Assembly: GCA_051883515.1 (NCBI GenBank)
Contig: JBJETW010000014.1
Location: 1,345-65,344, forward strand
Source of the DNA: Candidatus Onthoplasma sp.
GTDB taxonomy: Bacteria; Bacillota; Clostridia; Christensenellales; UBA1242
DNA length: 64,000 bases
Reading direction: 5' to 3'
Shown: positions 15,001 through 20,847 of the stretch, one piece after another
Layout: every line of letters begins with the position of its first letter
Numbering within the stretch: position 1 is the first letter of the stretch
Made by a program: the position numbers and the translations under genes
The notes under the pieces: generated by a model
What the model saw: the letters and a program-made list of their open reading frames with translations, nothing else
Told to the model about the DNA's origin: nothing
Databases searched by the model: none

Positions 15001-18000
15001 GTTCGTTCCAGCAATAACACCAAAGTTTATTGTTGCACTTGATGATTTAATAGTCGTTGAATTGCCAACAATTTCAACTGAACAATTTTTAATTGTTCCA
15101 GCATTTTTTCCGGCAATAACACCAAAATCAGCCGATGTTGCTCCTGTTTCTTTACTATTTAGTGTTGCAACCAAATTCAAATTGTAAATTTTAGCGTTTG
15201 TTCCTAATTTTGAAAATAATCCTGCTGTTGAACTTCCGGTGTCAGCAAATCCAACTGTAAATGTGATTGTTTTGTTGTTTCCGTTGAAATCTCCATTGAA
15301 AGCATTGTCAGCAGCCAACATGTTAAAGCCGTCCGCACTTGTAATAGACAAATCTTTCATTAAAATATATTTGTAATTGCCATCAATAAGTTTAAGTTCT
15401 TCCACGCTAGAAATTGTGTACGCTTGATTTATTCCGTCACAAATTGCAATTCCAACCGCATAGAAATTTGAGTATGAGACTTCGCCGTTTTCCAAAGTGG
15501 TTTTTCCGTTGTATGAATCTTTTGCGCACACCAAAAGACGGAAATATCCACCATCTTGTCCGGCATGTGTGATAACATTAAATGTGTATCTTGCTCCAAC
15601 CTTTGTCATATTCACAGTGATTCTGCTTGAATTTGCTGGAATATCTTCATAGATTGTTTCAGTTGCCGTTTCATAAACTTCTTGCAAAACGAATGTCAAG
15701 TCGTCAAAATGTGTTTTTGAAGCGTCGTTGAAATTAGCTTCAATTAAGAACGATTTTTTAACTTCTTCATTTTCTGCTTTTCCAAGATAAGAAAGGTTCA
15801 TTGTATAACTTGCGTCAGAATTTAAATCAAGTTGAGACTTGTCTGACAAAGTAAATCCGTTTGATTTTTCAATTTCCAAAACATTGATTGAAACGCTATC
15901 GCTAATACCACTTTCTAAATCAAATTCTGTTGCTTGCGCCGTCACAATGAAATTTGACACATTTGGTTGCTCATTGAGTTTAAGTGTGTAAGACCACTTG
16001 TTATCCCCAACTTTGCTCGCTTCTGATAATTTCTCATTTAAATCATTTGTCAATTTAATTCCTGTTATTCCAGTTATTTCACCATTTGTGCCAGAATAAG
16101 TTATTGATTGAGTTCCGCCTGTTGTTGTGACTGTGAAAACATTTTCACTGCTTTCATAGAGAAGTGAATTGACATAGCACATTGCTTTCTTTTCAGCAGT
16201 AAGCGTTATACTTTGAATTGGTTGATAAATTCCAATTTCAAAATCTACTTCTTGTGTTCCACTTGTTAAAGTGTTGCTCTCATATTTGTAATATGTTGCT
16301 TTTGCAGTAAGTTTTTGCGATTCATTGCCCGCAGTTGTTGCCAAAAGTGAAAATTCATTGTCAAAAGAAATAATATTTGCTTTTCCTGTTGGTGCTCCAG
16401 TTATTTCCAATGATTGAATTGCGCCTGTTGTGTCGTTTTTAGCGACAACACTGAATGAATAAACCTTGTTTGAAATAGGAAGAGCAAAATTTTGTTTTCC
16501 ATTTTCTATTTCCAATTCTTTTACTCTTGTGTCAGTTGTGTTGATTGACAAAGTTCCCAAATCGTCCGCTGTTGAAATTGATTTCACAGTAAATTGAGAA
16601 TTAAGTCCGAGATTTCCGTCTCCAACAACAACAGAGATTGTGCTAACACTTTGATTTTCTCCACCGACAATTGGCAATAATAATTTATTGTCTGTTAATG
16701 ACGCTCCGTTTGTTATTGCTGTTTGCAAATCAATTTCTTGTTTGCCGTTATTGAAAGTTGCGTCACCATCAATTTTAAATTTAACTGTTGAAGTATCAAG
16801 CGTTCCATTGTAAGAAAGAGTCAATTCAACATTTGTTGCTTTTCCACTTGCAACAAGAACATCGTTATTAACAAAAATGTTCTGCGTTTCGCCCGTGCTA
16901 GGAACGTTAACTTTGTTGTTTAATGTCACTTTGTTGTTAAATTGTATTGTTGTTGACACATAAGTTGCGCCAACTGGAATTCCATTAAACGAATCTGGCA
17001 CAGATTTTGTTTGGAATGTGATGTTTGATGTTGTTGAATCATCTTTAAATCTTACATAAATTGTTGAATTCCTTGCAATTTCACTATTATTTGAAAGTTT
17101 CATTCCGTTTTGTATAACTTCTAAAATATTTGTATCATAAACAAGAATTACTTTTTCACCTTTAGCGTTGTTTACATCAAAAGGAGCCACATCAACACGA
17201 ACCGCTTTCCCTTGATATGTGTCCACTGTTGAATAGATATCTGTTTCAAAATTAATGTTGGCATCAGAAGATGATTTAAGTCCGTCCGCTTCAACCAAAA
17301 CTTGTGTAGGCAAAGTGTGACGCTCAACTGCCTTTTCGATGGAATATTGTGGCAATTGTTCGCCCAAAACCTGCAAACCGCTCAGTTGATACACAACCTT
17401 AAATTGAATTTTTGAATTAACACCCTCTTCAAGTTTGATGGTGAATTTATTTTTTTCTTTTTCAACTGTTAACTCATTGATTTCATCACTAGAAGAATTT
17501 TCGAATTCGCCATTTTCATTTTTAATTAGCAAATCAAAGTTAAATTTTATTATGTCTCCATCTTGATTATATACGCCAACATTATAAATGGACTTAAAAT
17601 CCCCACTTATATTCGCATTAATTGTTGTCTGATTGTAAATTTCGCTGTTGGCGTAAAGTTTTATTGTTCCGTCAGAAATTGTTGTTTCATTTCCGTCATA
17701 TTTCAAAACCAAACTTGCAGTTTGTTTCTTTTCTACTATGTAAACATAGAAACTGGTTGAAAGGTCGTCATTTTCCGTTTCATTTGCGCTTTCTGACAAA
17801 AATTTTGAAGTTGCTTTTATTTTAACCGCATAATTAGTTGACCCTAAATTGAAATTATCACCAACTATAAGATTATTTCCATCAAGCGTGATTTTCCCTA
17901 TTTCAGAATTGTTTTCTGTAAAATTTCCGTCTGAATCAAACGCACCAATAGCCATAATTCCATAATTTACGCCGAATTGATTTGTTTCAAATCCAGGAAC

Positions 18001-18561
18001 TGAAGAATTATATTGTATGTTGTTCAATTTTGATAAATCAATGCTTGAACCAACAGTTAATGCCGTTGCTTGCTCTTCACTAACTTCAATGCTTTCAACA
18101 CTTGGAGCAACGCTCAATTTAAACTTTGTTGATTTGCCAGAGTTCTCTTCCATCACATTGACATAAGTGTCTGGAACAAATCCATTTAAATTTATTGTTA
18201 TGTATTCACCTGTTTTAATTGTGTTGTTTGCAATTGACAAGCCTCGAGTTTGTTCAGGGCTGAGTGAAATGTTGCCCACCTTTTTTGATTGAATATTTTT
18301 TGTTTCAACTTTAATCAATATCTTATCACCAGAATCAATCTCTTCACCGAAATCGTCTGTTGATTTTCCATAATGCAAAGAAACACCATTGCCCGCGCTG
18401 TTCCACTCTGACACATGGCTTACTCCCATTTCATCAAGTTTTGAATATGCGTAATAGATTTCAAAAGTCATCTTCGCATATTTGTCTTGGCACGCTCCTA
18501 GGAACACACAAGAGAACACAAGGAACATTGTTGCGAAAATTGAAATCAGTTTCTTTTTCAT
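1..18561 (-). CDS. Giant cell-surface lipoprotein, 3' end beyond the window (at least 6,187 codons visible); beta-rich N-terminal modules, very long GLUG-type (GG[LIVF][VA]G) repeat region, one TM helix near the visible C-terminal part
   Basis: ATG at 18561..18559 preceded by GTGAGGGGTT. Hand translation gives MKKKLISIFATMFLVFSCVFLGAC(QDKYAKMTFEIYYAY...), i.e. signal peptide plus lipobox L-G-A-C. I checked the frame by hand at 18561, 10692 (AVGGFVGTNSG), 3423 (VGGVVGYA), 2480 (VANSYYVGGLVGRLH), 1470 and 1380; all are in one frame. The gene is absent from the ORF track because no in-frame stop lies inside the window. Every listed ORF in 1..18561 is short and either off-frame or antisense. Confidence 0.85.
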   Translation of the reverse strand, partial: MKKKLISIFATMFLVFSCVFLGACQDKYAKMTFEIYYAYSKLDEMGVSHVSEWNSAGNGVSLHYGKSTDDFGEEIDSGDKILIKVETKNIQSKKVGNISLSPEQTRGLSIANNTIKTGEYITINLNGFVPDTYVNVMEENSGKSTKFKLSVAPSVESIEVSEEQATALTVGSSIDLSKLNNIQYNSSVPGFETNQFGVNYGIMAIGAFDSDGNFTENNSEIGKITLDGNNLIVGDNFNLGSTNYAVKIKATSKFLSESANETENDDLSTSFYVYIVEKKQTASLVLKYDGNETTISDGTIKLYANSEIYNQTTINANISGDFKSIYNVGVYNQDGDIIKFNFDLLIKNENGEFENSSSDEINELTVEKEKNKFTIKLEEGVNSKIQFKVVYQLSGLQVLGEQLPQYSIEKAVERHTLPTQVLVEADGLKSSSDANINFETDIYSTVDTYQGKAVRVDVAPFDVNNAKGEKVILVYDTNILEVIQNGMKLSNNSEIARNSTIYVRFKDDSTTSNITFQTKSVPDSFNGIPVGATYVSTTIQFNNKVTLNNKVNVPSTGETQNIFVNNDVLVASGKATNVELTLSYNGTLDTSTVKFKIDGDATFNNGKQEIDLQTAITNGASLTDNKLLLPIVGGENQSVSTISVVVGDGNLGLNSQFTVKSISTADDLGTLSINTTDTRVKELEIENGKQNFALPISNKVYSFSVVAKNDTTGAIQSLEITGAPTGKANIISFDNEFSLLATTAGNESQKLTAKATYYKYESNTLTSGTQEVDFEIGIYQPIQSITLTAEKKAMCYVNSLLYESSENVFTVTTTGGTQSITYSGTNGEITGITGIKLTNDLNEKLSEASKVGDNKWSYTLKLNEQPNVSNFIVTAQATEFDLESGISDSVSINVLEIEKSNGFTLSDKSQLDLNSDASYTMNLSYLGKAENEEVKKSFLIEANFNDASKTHFDDLTFVLQEVYETATETIYEDIPANSSRITVNMTKVGARYTFNVITHAGQDGGYFRLLVCAKDSYNGKTTLENGEVSYSNFYAVGIAICDGINQAYTISSVEELKLIDGNYKYILMKDLSITSADGFNMLAADNAFNGDFNGNNKTITFTVGFADTGSSTAGLFSKLGTNAKIYNLNLVATLNSKETGATSADFGVIAGKNAGTIKNCSVEIVGNSTTIKSSSATINFGVIAGTNSGTIEGCSVQIDDLTLNATKVNVGLVAGVNSGTIIGTYDRTNLTNINYDVFANLTIEATDADTTTVAGVVGQNSGTIENILVGGTIKSNTNLAGVVYNNSNAINNVAILGLDLTADNKDVAGIVNTNSRTISYAKVISAKSEFTIGATPIETTGTIKGNNVAGIAYKNSGTISYSSVESFLTYASGTTYEGMTLIGLGDVVGLVLSDTGTTSNSFVRANLWATSDSSSIYLTSNKSVENSYFIGNVVKNNTPGAGYTSNATYAVILNGTNDSIPDIDSLAEDSEYKTSSSIWGTETGYNVVKISNSGTDTTYNLPYLLDNESGNPLQIIAPTEISAKLNEKYIGTIEATYVSGVGEYESLKDYEITETVVVNYFYNIDYVSVLDEFNTYKLINDSIDSNNPNGLIDLSLVPEKSQSGLEYSIIGYGTNYAKLGTKVDESGKSFKTITFLRASGDTPIIVRARSVFSGKEVYFAFYVQPGASELVLTGSGVGYGDETDYVVDFYASYSKQINITALNKSGNVTFNSVFDSALTSSQVKYVVSEDGTNLFDVQVGNNAFILNLRDSATYNENEEVKFNVILRYKEGVFNQAEIAKTTLTLTLKKGATAIDFTTSSNHDEIASGGVISLDLKLTTNYTSEVDGTTTTSLWQPIDSENTIEEEVSSRDGIQISLYCTSGEEQLEKLKDINNCRLIELFDIDAKSTKQSYGYDYNITIGLKEGRNYQYITHEMSFDIIVSPLNSQLQATKTFTIKPTSKISTMRVENYPVKEFSLVSDTRNFINADTIESVVFDPSSNGSLMLVYIEPEYANVTKATLTSSTISVPSLNNEVYLQFTQFFYNEKTNRFETLPASLSYVQDENHTLQLQLISGMDENEEFYYDGILYVHAVTDRFGGVEKTISATLNVETSDGENTIQASPYVKNLITQYLPEVNMNYVASSREFEDGYMVQKGTYGNRIELELFGYQFDKNPVITAEWIDSSQTENVYDYVNIFTDNSATYNATTGAYTLGVSFTVDKDIPCAFKINAEMYLVTRDGSIKNSENKSLTFYPAEYIINDVKIAHLYGDLFNLEIGGAKEIELSFATDKTDDISSSIYLDLIKSFTSTDDVFDLDAFKGLFSYIDNGVEKSFIDTNTSFDLKWSNNSLAIIGNEVYNKQINFKLFFNYYLDDNRIVKVEFYKEENDKLAPKNAQFTLNIVELGTEENATPIRTASDMYNPDGTTRLVENGHYILLADINTNDICPDGVEPINVKIGSFDGNNRTITIGKFKNTITSNGTSVPATEYGLFANLDTYTQLLVDNAEEATADNSVTKNTILKNIIVDYGKFDTLDLTQVDATSFTFGGLIANNGALIYNCDVINSYATTREIKILTKQTTDISVTVGGLVGTNRGTITNSRVGRSEYTKVLVNSGYETETTINLSGLVFVVGNETATGLSANRFQSAVGGFVGTNSGTISSSFVINTGIANYSNSTSKNRTAGFVATNSGVITNSYVKGETKSHDSNSEYFTDNDSTNSKTHDIRIENKGNGSVAGFAYINSGTISNAFANTELCTISANSAGFVFNNQNGATIENCYAACTFNVVSNADETQQPFVGKEGTTLNSNGKIENSYFLSNGMTLIDSGLPQAIELNLTAFQDSENLNGFVFVLSTSEVERNQGVWSYYDVKNNRQLLPEITSANQIAISYRYFKEQDKNGKYVYTNAVKYAQGKETNPFIIRDDTEFNNILTGTDGGIKNISGYFKLIDNIDFSSTSINTKLNYTFGSQYSNEISSFDGNGLKISNIYLSAGDSERGYSVGLFSKIQNSYIKNITLEFESGTFSTSLAKFSGGLAGQIDNSVIINVNLNGSGTVINGNNIVGGLAGIITGKSVVKNITSNISVNAGSQSTNMYYSADDYKSKGTKYFEEGETTDYISTLSFAGGLAGVVDIKNRNNETYNLSDITINGDEMTKLTINDDSTTQQANILACHAGGVAGYIGENVKSERLKYYFGATDRIQGLSASAGLVGVSLGAITASQVTVDEIEQDEEGYTDSQKYDNFLKEYILTGSDSSTLTSEEYNLNLLSSKGYTGGLVGVNIGGSISASYSKASLANGVTVGGLVGVSVASSITYSYAVPFVNLNNNMQNVGGLIGSAYGIKQTSPARNEEISVYNNIAVAKLGTTEEKHTSVSFTFSTLLLNKNALKVNSTTTIDYLSADYKDATDNYIKTISDNALTQVYVGTYAYDGEKVVNSNEINLKTRSLQTLYDVSASNISEQYNLFNEIFLSWQVVGYWSFDNLKYFPLLLTESNKNEIHIKEESDFAYIRANPNGNYVIDNDIVLKGTYENYVLDINFTGTIRGEKLSATKKQPAKISNIVLKPTASGGTGSGFFRSIGENAIVSNLIFEYTSITPQSDNLEIGLLTPNATGTEISAVSVQINNGNIDNNESAVLDLTNKTIKSFAGLICNATGVNITDAKFTGTVNANLANTGDVFCAGLIGNAEAEEGRSMTISSSLVGSTSQNAEFNVEVGACESAYIGGAIGKITNGAISSIKVGADASHSIKMNVTFNDTTANAYIGGLMGYNDSTSVSSSDVLADITLDGTLNTKTTDQGGNQTASNSIKIGGLIGEIQAEDKYIRSTNAKTNIDTTALDANTIMVSGGVGNAKGINMTQCLFTGEINTVEGTNENEKLIAVYAGGVIATTSGTANLNEVVSNVAMTVGSTVATQVYAGGFVGHNTGTLTINDAVTSGRIIPFNASESLIVYAGGLVGKSTRTINAENIISTSSLIQDSISANTMSENEINALVGDGTTEENSECNVINVFYSVDVSLATDTFGTNINSGNFFSSNNAMKENLSDNSELWSVTSNVPYLATMLQAMRTYEIMSAVGGSAGNYDYTLGTSLNPISISNDTTSWETSGNYTYYLLSTSDKLVALNGMIIGNETDIIVSSPLVKTINKHSVVSNIHVQLADGSTISSDGLVASENQGMIFNCSVQGHGLTINTSESAVGLVVGLNSGLVHSSYSSAEILSTNQTLGGIVGQNSNGNIVSCFFTGYINNSSNTAGGIVGFAVANSITYLYNCYNAGVITNLGKNSILGGIGGEDDSVSYENCYIDQYANNEKIELDRRLTTVETKALMQVDGTSGLVGNWHYVYENSTTNTSLFGKNFGYPILNLGKDTIDYNHQNETGKGDFLDSTINGKKELIEQLSARYNQLLSDSTDYTTAVKIPHLGLFQVLGTLVSNLNNQDLNYVLIYDIKGCESWTAYWNFTGVFVSNPNFNFTEDGKATISGINGTGLFDSVSNAYIGHLTLGSFSETTGPIAGTVSGITTINDVNYSTEASIAGENVGGLVNTISGDLTVVNLKLGENSGSNIYQLTISGKGNSGLIASSMTRTSGKLTFGTENELYVQFSNCGVAGGLIGEMSGGSILGDSLNTTINIIAEDDGDTLTTNAILGGIVGRISGDVLSNTEVDDGGNKIITDGIQKIVVNFVGNSIKTNTFGGLVGEVGKVVEGGDKINVNVDFISCLITQSSNKLTIYSTSTGDDEHFVSLLAGKVASGSVSASTFGTNIKSFTVKGTTSAEDSKNTGVGLFAGSQGGDIHVSLKDDEYNVLKQKNVLTIYANNISNLGGISGIYNSGMVDIDTETTLGIVTLCGTTNVGGVFGNVQGGLSGVTPTTSKWKKGYEDLLGGANHAVISFTGFDGNSNVSITYTNIGGLFGVLKESGTSTAVTNGNQINITGNKTAIVEVKNVGGVAGKYIASADPIIQDGESTNKDFNLANSAAITQNGVSDANKAISSEDGTTKYARSINVGGVFGCVDVNGVSGTVTISGLSNDALVFGYQNVGGLIGSIDAGDKTVTIKGGIKGSDLTYDGTSVSIEGYTATTANVGGVINVGGVVGYASGYMLTVSNFAISGTSSIFGNANVGGVVGYANEITIKDNIVGESTKTTQINGVRYKYSYKVDTDKTADFIPTSIGGLAGQVKSGENNVAKVNNNIVFASIGSQVESDGAVISTVSNYMVNVNKDHKTILNLNENTTKIKFDEVKSGFGGLVGTIDSGSLQQASSVIQTNYVVGTTINAQLAINAGTIFGYAELNSQFDESGLPQIYGANDISGAYNVGGLVGYLDTNSNVSISLNSQDLTGEGSINVQSEFGGFYIGGLFGKLNFSSTNKNTLAIGSKTTSEDGETTTTTGKVGITLNVANSYYVGGLVGRLHMNDGAVLEGCGIYGLTIVGSRAQFGAFAGMLSTPQQSGGVTVTLKGTHEEPFTVNTIQNQNYAEGTSQFSSEKESGVVYIYGQASYVNLDKFNISGSSKTYYGNPLIPEAKSESKLEGWGWAHEYTGFRVLQRRISQPNVATGDSLATLYDAINVKDVACKQQTDADGKKIETIEYTVYEKAEGEVYLYTRNGIAMLMFNEENKPMSAFTEDSENKSIDSIFIDTEDNGETYKGILEDGRYNLYVLKLNDNKIFNKKSELMINPVLGCKYKGDEAYYSFKLFYNNGTMTVVPNNNLSEIPKSGSVFEVWGYQPNWNTDSDFIKSDNEDVSIWVIGAFILGGLICIATGGAAFIFIGSILLIGALSMIDININSANQEIMEQMKALYIANSTYISAKGYNYGLQTTMNMTAVYYKDGKLDSPFSIYKTINGKMYREYSKSKPSNYYSEYYYFVQTNNGEYETYLPYETKISNMDNYTFTDKNGSHTGKCYVKYVYDNGVWYVYAGANKEDKFITQEIVDFSEFGDELKATKDGITYVAGQWDSVNEKYIVPTGDNNYVESESTTQEIKFKYKKLTNTEKKELKQGYQYFNIVYYTANGTDKSTSKVAKFIHDGEDLSKVDGINYISVKEKTETKITDGGKTETITTYKDVVYQFNGSGSGTAYDYTDYLKETYAVSTSHEDIYVNVYPGYFQNPYTTGTAISEDRTYVRDDVNGTISMDATYFYYKKLMSGYQYDDASNPKGIQEITERKGGEGYYIILTDSSKVAHSIKVDDIIKDINENEFNKYGSYYLGSTQLNEIARVGNKINVTEGKTEQYLIITI

Positions 18562-18650
18562 AACCCCTCACTTTAACATGTGCAAACATTTCATTTTTTT
18601 TCGTCATTTTAATTTTTATTTCGCACACGTAAAATTCTTCAATTAATTTT

Positions 18651-18679
18651 ATTATATAAAATTCAGACAAAAAAGTCAA
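18651..18679 (-). promoter_or_regulatory. Sigma-A-type promoter candidate for the giant lipoprotein gene
   Basis: Minus strand reads TTGACT (18679..18674), a 17-nt spacer, then TATAAT (18656..18651), about 85-90 nt upstream of the ATG. It sits in a roughly 400-bp A/T-tract-rich intergenic region. Confidence 0.45.
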
Positions 18680-19027
18680 AAAAAACTCATATTATAACAA
18701 AAAAATTATCAATCAAAAAATAATTTGTTATTTATGTGTTTTCATTTTTTAGAACTTTAAAAAATTTTTTAAAAATTTAGTTTTTAAATCGGTTTTTGCA
18801 TTATTTTTTTATATTTTTTAACATTTTTTTATTTTTTCGTTTTTTTAAGATTATGTCTTTGCTTTGATTTAACTAATTGCGATATATCTCATTTTGATAA
18901 ATTAGCCATTGGTTTTTGTTTCACAATATAACAACAAAAATTTCATATGGTCAAAATATAAAACAATTTGTCTTTTTTTGTCATAAAAGATTTTTTCTTG
19001 CCATATTTTAAAGCAAGGAGACATGAT

Positions 19028-19339
19028 ATGCATTTATTAGACCAAAACGAAAGAGTTATTCACTTTGCAAATTATATTGTAGAAAACAACACAACAATAA
19101 GGGCAACAGCGCGACACTTCGGCATTCCAAAAAGCACAGTACATAACGAACTAAGCACAAAATTAAAATTCATAAACTATCATCTTTACTTAGAAGTTAA
19201 AAAAATTTTGGAAAACAACTTCAAAATCAAGCACATTCACGGCGGACAATCAACAAAATTAAAATATGAAAAACTAAAAATGCTCATAAACCAAAACGAC
19301 AAAGCTGAGATTGAGTCGGAATCATACTCCCCAAATTAA
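19028..19339 (+). CDS. spoIIID: Stage III sporulation protein D (SpoIIID), HTH transcription regulator
   Basis: ERVIHFANYIVENNTTIRATARHFGIPKSTVHNELSTKL...HIHGGQSTKLKY aligns along its length with B. subtilis SpoIIID (ERTIKIGKYIVETKKTVRVIAKEFGVSKSTVHKDLTERL...HLRGGEATKLKY). I chose the ATG at 19028 because AAGGAG lies 7 nt upstream; the track ORF begins at an upstream TTG (18968). Confidence 0.9.
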   Translation: MHLLDQNERVIHFANYIVENNTTIRATARHFGIPKSTVHNELSTKLKFINYHLYLEVKKILENNFKIKHIHGGQSTKLKYEKLKMLINQNDKAEIESESYSPN

Positions 19340-19435
19340 ATTGCAATACGTTTTATTGATTAAAATGATTTTTTAAAAATTTCGTTTAGAAAAATAAAAA
19401 AATATATTTAAAAAACTATAATTAAAACAAAAAAA

Positions 19436-19466
19436 CACAAAATTTTATTAATTTTTGTGCTTTTTT
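19436..19466. terminator. Weak AT-rich hairpin flanked by A-run and T-run; candidate bidirectional terminator
   Basis: CACAAAA (19436..19442) pairs with TTTTGTG (19453..19459). It is preceded by AAAAA and followed by CTTTTTT. It lies between convergent spoIIID and the last gene of the sipW operon. Only two G-C pairs. Confidence 0.35.
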
Positions 19467-19497
19467 ATTAATTTTTAAGTATTTTTATATGATTTTT

Positions 19498-20211
19498 TTA
19501 AATTTTTTCTATATAAATTTTTATTTCCATTTTGAAATTATTTACATTTAAATATCTCTCACCTGTTCCTGAAAGATAAACTTTTTCAAACAAATTAATT
19601 GTAGAGTGCCCCGTCACATTTGTAATATGATACTTACCTTCGCCGTCCAATGTTGCATCAATTTCTTCTGGAAGGAGTTTTACATCTTCCAATCTATTTC
19701 CACTTACATAGCAATCCACCGTAAATGATATGTTATATTCACCTTCTTCAAGAAGTCTCAAATCGATGTCAATCACATATATACGAGCGCCCGCAATTTC
19801 ACTTGTCGACCTAAACTCTGTCATCGGTTCCGAGTTGACCAGACTTTCTGCTCTGCAATCGCCAGAAATAGAAATAAAACAATTTGGATTAGGTTGGTAA
19901 ATTTTTAAAACGATAACCGCAGACCCTAAAATCAACATAAGCAAAATAATCAACAATATGATGATAAAAATATTTCTATTCCTTTTGGTCGCGTTCTGCT
20001 TTATTCTTTCTTCATTAAGTTTGTCTATATCATTAACTATATTAACACTTTTTTCTATTTCTTTTTCTTTGTTTGTCGCTTGGTTTGTCTCTTTTGATTT
20101 CCCAAGTTTTCTTATTTTGCTAGATTGTGTGTTTTTAGGTGTTGAAGATGAATTTTCGTTATTATAATCCAACGAGAAATCATTAGTTGTAAATTTATTG
20201 TACTTATTCAT
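19498..20211 (-). CDS. Bitopic membrane protein (about 80-aa K/N-rich cytoplasmic N-terminus, one TM helix, about 130-aa beta-rich ectodomain); last gene of the sipW operon
   Basis: ORF track translation has a hydrophobic stretch IFIIILLIILLMLILGSAVIVL after KRNRN (positive-inside). Strong RBS GGAGGTG lies upstream, with an 11-nt gap to the preceding gene. Confidence 0.75.
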   Translation of the reverse strand: MNKYNKFTTNDFSLDYNNENSSSTPKNTQSSKIRKLGKSKETNQATNKEKEIEKSVNIVNDIDKLNEERIKQNATKRNRNIFIIILLIILLMLILGSAVIVLKIYQPNPNCFISISGDCRAESLVNSEPMTEFRSTSEIAGARIYVIDIDLRLLEEGEYNISFTVDCYVSGNRLEDVKLLPEEIDATLDGEGKYHITNVTGHSTINLFEKVYLSGTGERYLNVNNFKMEIKIYIEKI

Positions 20212-20222
20212 GTCGCCACCTC

Positions 20223-20846
20223 CTACACAAAGTCTTCAAGCGAACTTTCAACGGTTAATACCAATTTTAAAGTTTCTCCGCCAGAAAGTGCTAAATCAAG
20301 AAAACTTGACATAGGAATTGTAAAGCCTTCAAACATTTGTGCAACAAAGCCAGCCTCATCAACAGCCGAATCCAACTTTACATTTGTACCTGATGAGTTT
20401 TGATAAACAAAATATTCTTGTCCTTCAACATTGACACCGTTAAATCCATTTTTAGAACCTGTTGGAGCAATGTTTGCAACGTTAATTGGAATTTTTTTGT
20501 CACCATTCCCTGAAACTGCATATAATTCGAGCTTATATCTAAAATATAAAATAGCTGTTCCCGCATCTTTATTTCTAACTTGAACAGATAGTGAGTTCTG
20601 CACATCTGGATATATCTTTCCAGAAAAATTAATGTAATTTTCGTTTGATAATGTAATTGTCTCTGCGTCGACAACTTGTTCAATGCTAGCGTTTAAATCA
20701 GACACAACAACATCAAATTGCAATGTGGAAATGTTCTTTTGTGTAAACCATGAATTTGAATTATTTATTAACGGCATAAAAAGACATATCAATAAAATCA
20801 TTATTGACAACAAAATTATTGAGTTGCTTTTTATTTTTTTCTTCAT
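20223..20846 (-). CDS. TasA/camelysin-like secreted protein 2 (207 aa) with SipW-cognate-like signal peptide
   Basis: Start moved to the ATG at 20846, with GGAG 5 nt upstream and 1 nt after the TAA of the upstream gene. N-terminus is MKKKIKSNSIILLSIMILLICLFMPLINNSNSWFTQKN. C-terminal strand is LKLVLTVESS. The track ORF start at 20930 lies inside the upstream gene. Confidence 0.65.
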   Translation of the reverse strand: MKKKIKSNSIILLSIMILLICLFMPLINNSNSWFTQKNISTLQFDVVVSDLNASIEQVVDAETITLSNENYINFSGKIYPDVQNSLSVQVRNKDAGTAILYFRYKLELYAVSGNGDKKIPINVANIAPTGSKNGFNGVNVEGQEYFVYQNSSGTNVKLDSAVDEAGFVAQMFEGFTIPMSSFLDLALSGGETLKLVLTVESSLEDFV

Positions 20847-20847
20847 C

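Noticed and set aside
1-18561. 18.5 kb without any long ORF in the supplied track. I considered non-coding DNA, a decayed pseudogene, or stop-codon reassignment.
   Set aside because: Hand translation shows one continuous minus-strand frame with a proper RBS, ATG and lipoprotein signal. Neighbouring genes use the standard code (TGG for Trp; TAA, TAG and TGA as stops). The ORF is unlisted simply because its stop codon lies beyond position 1.
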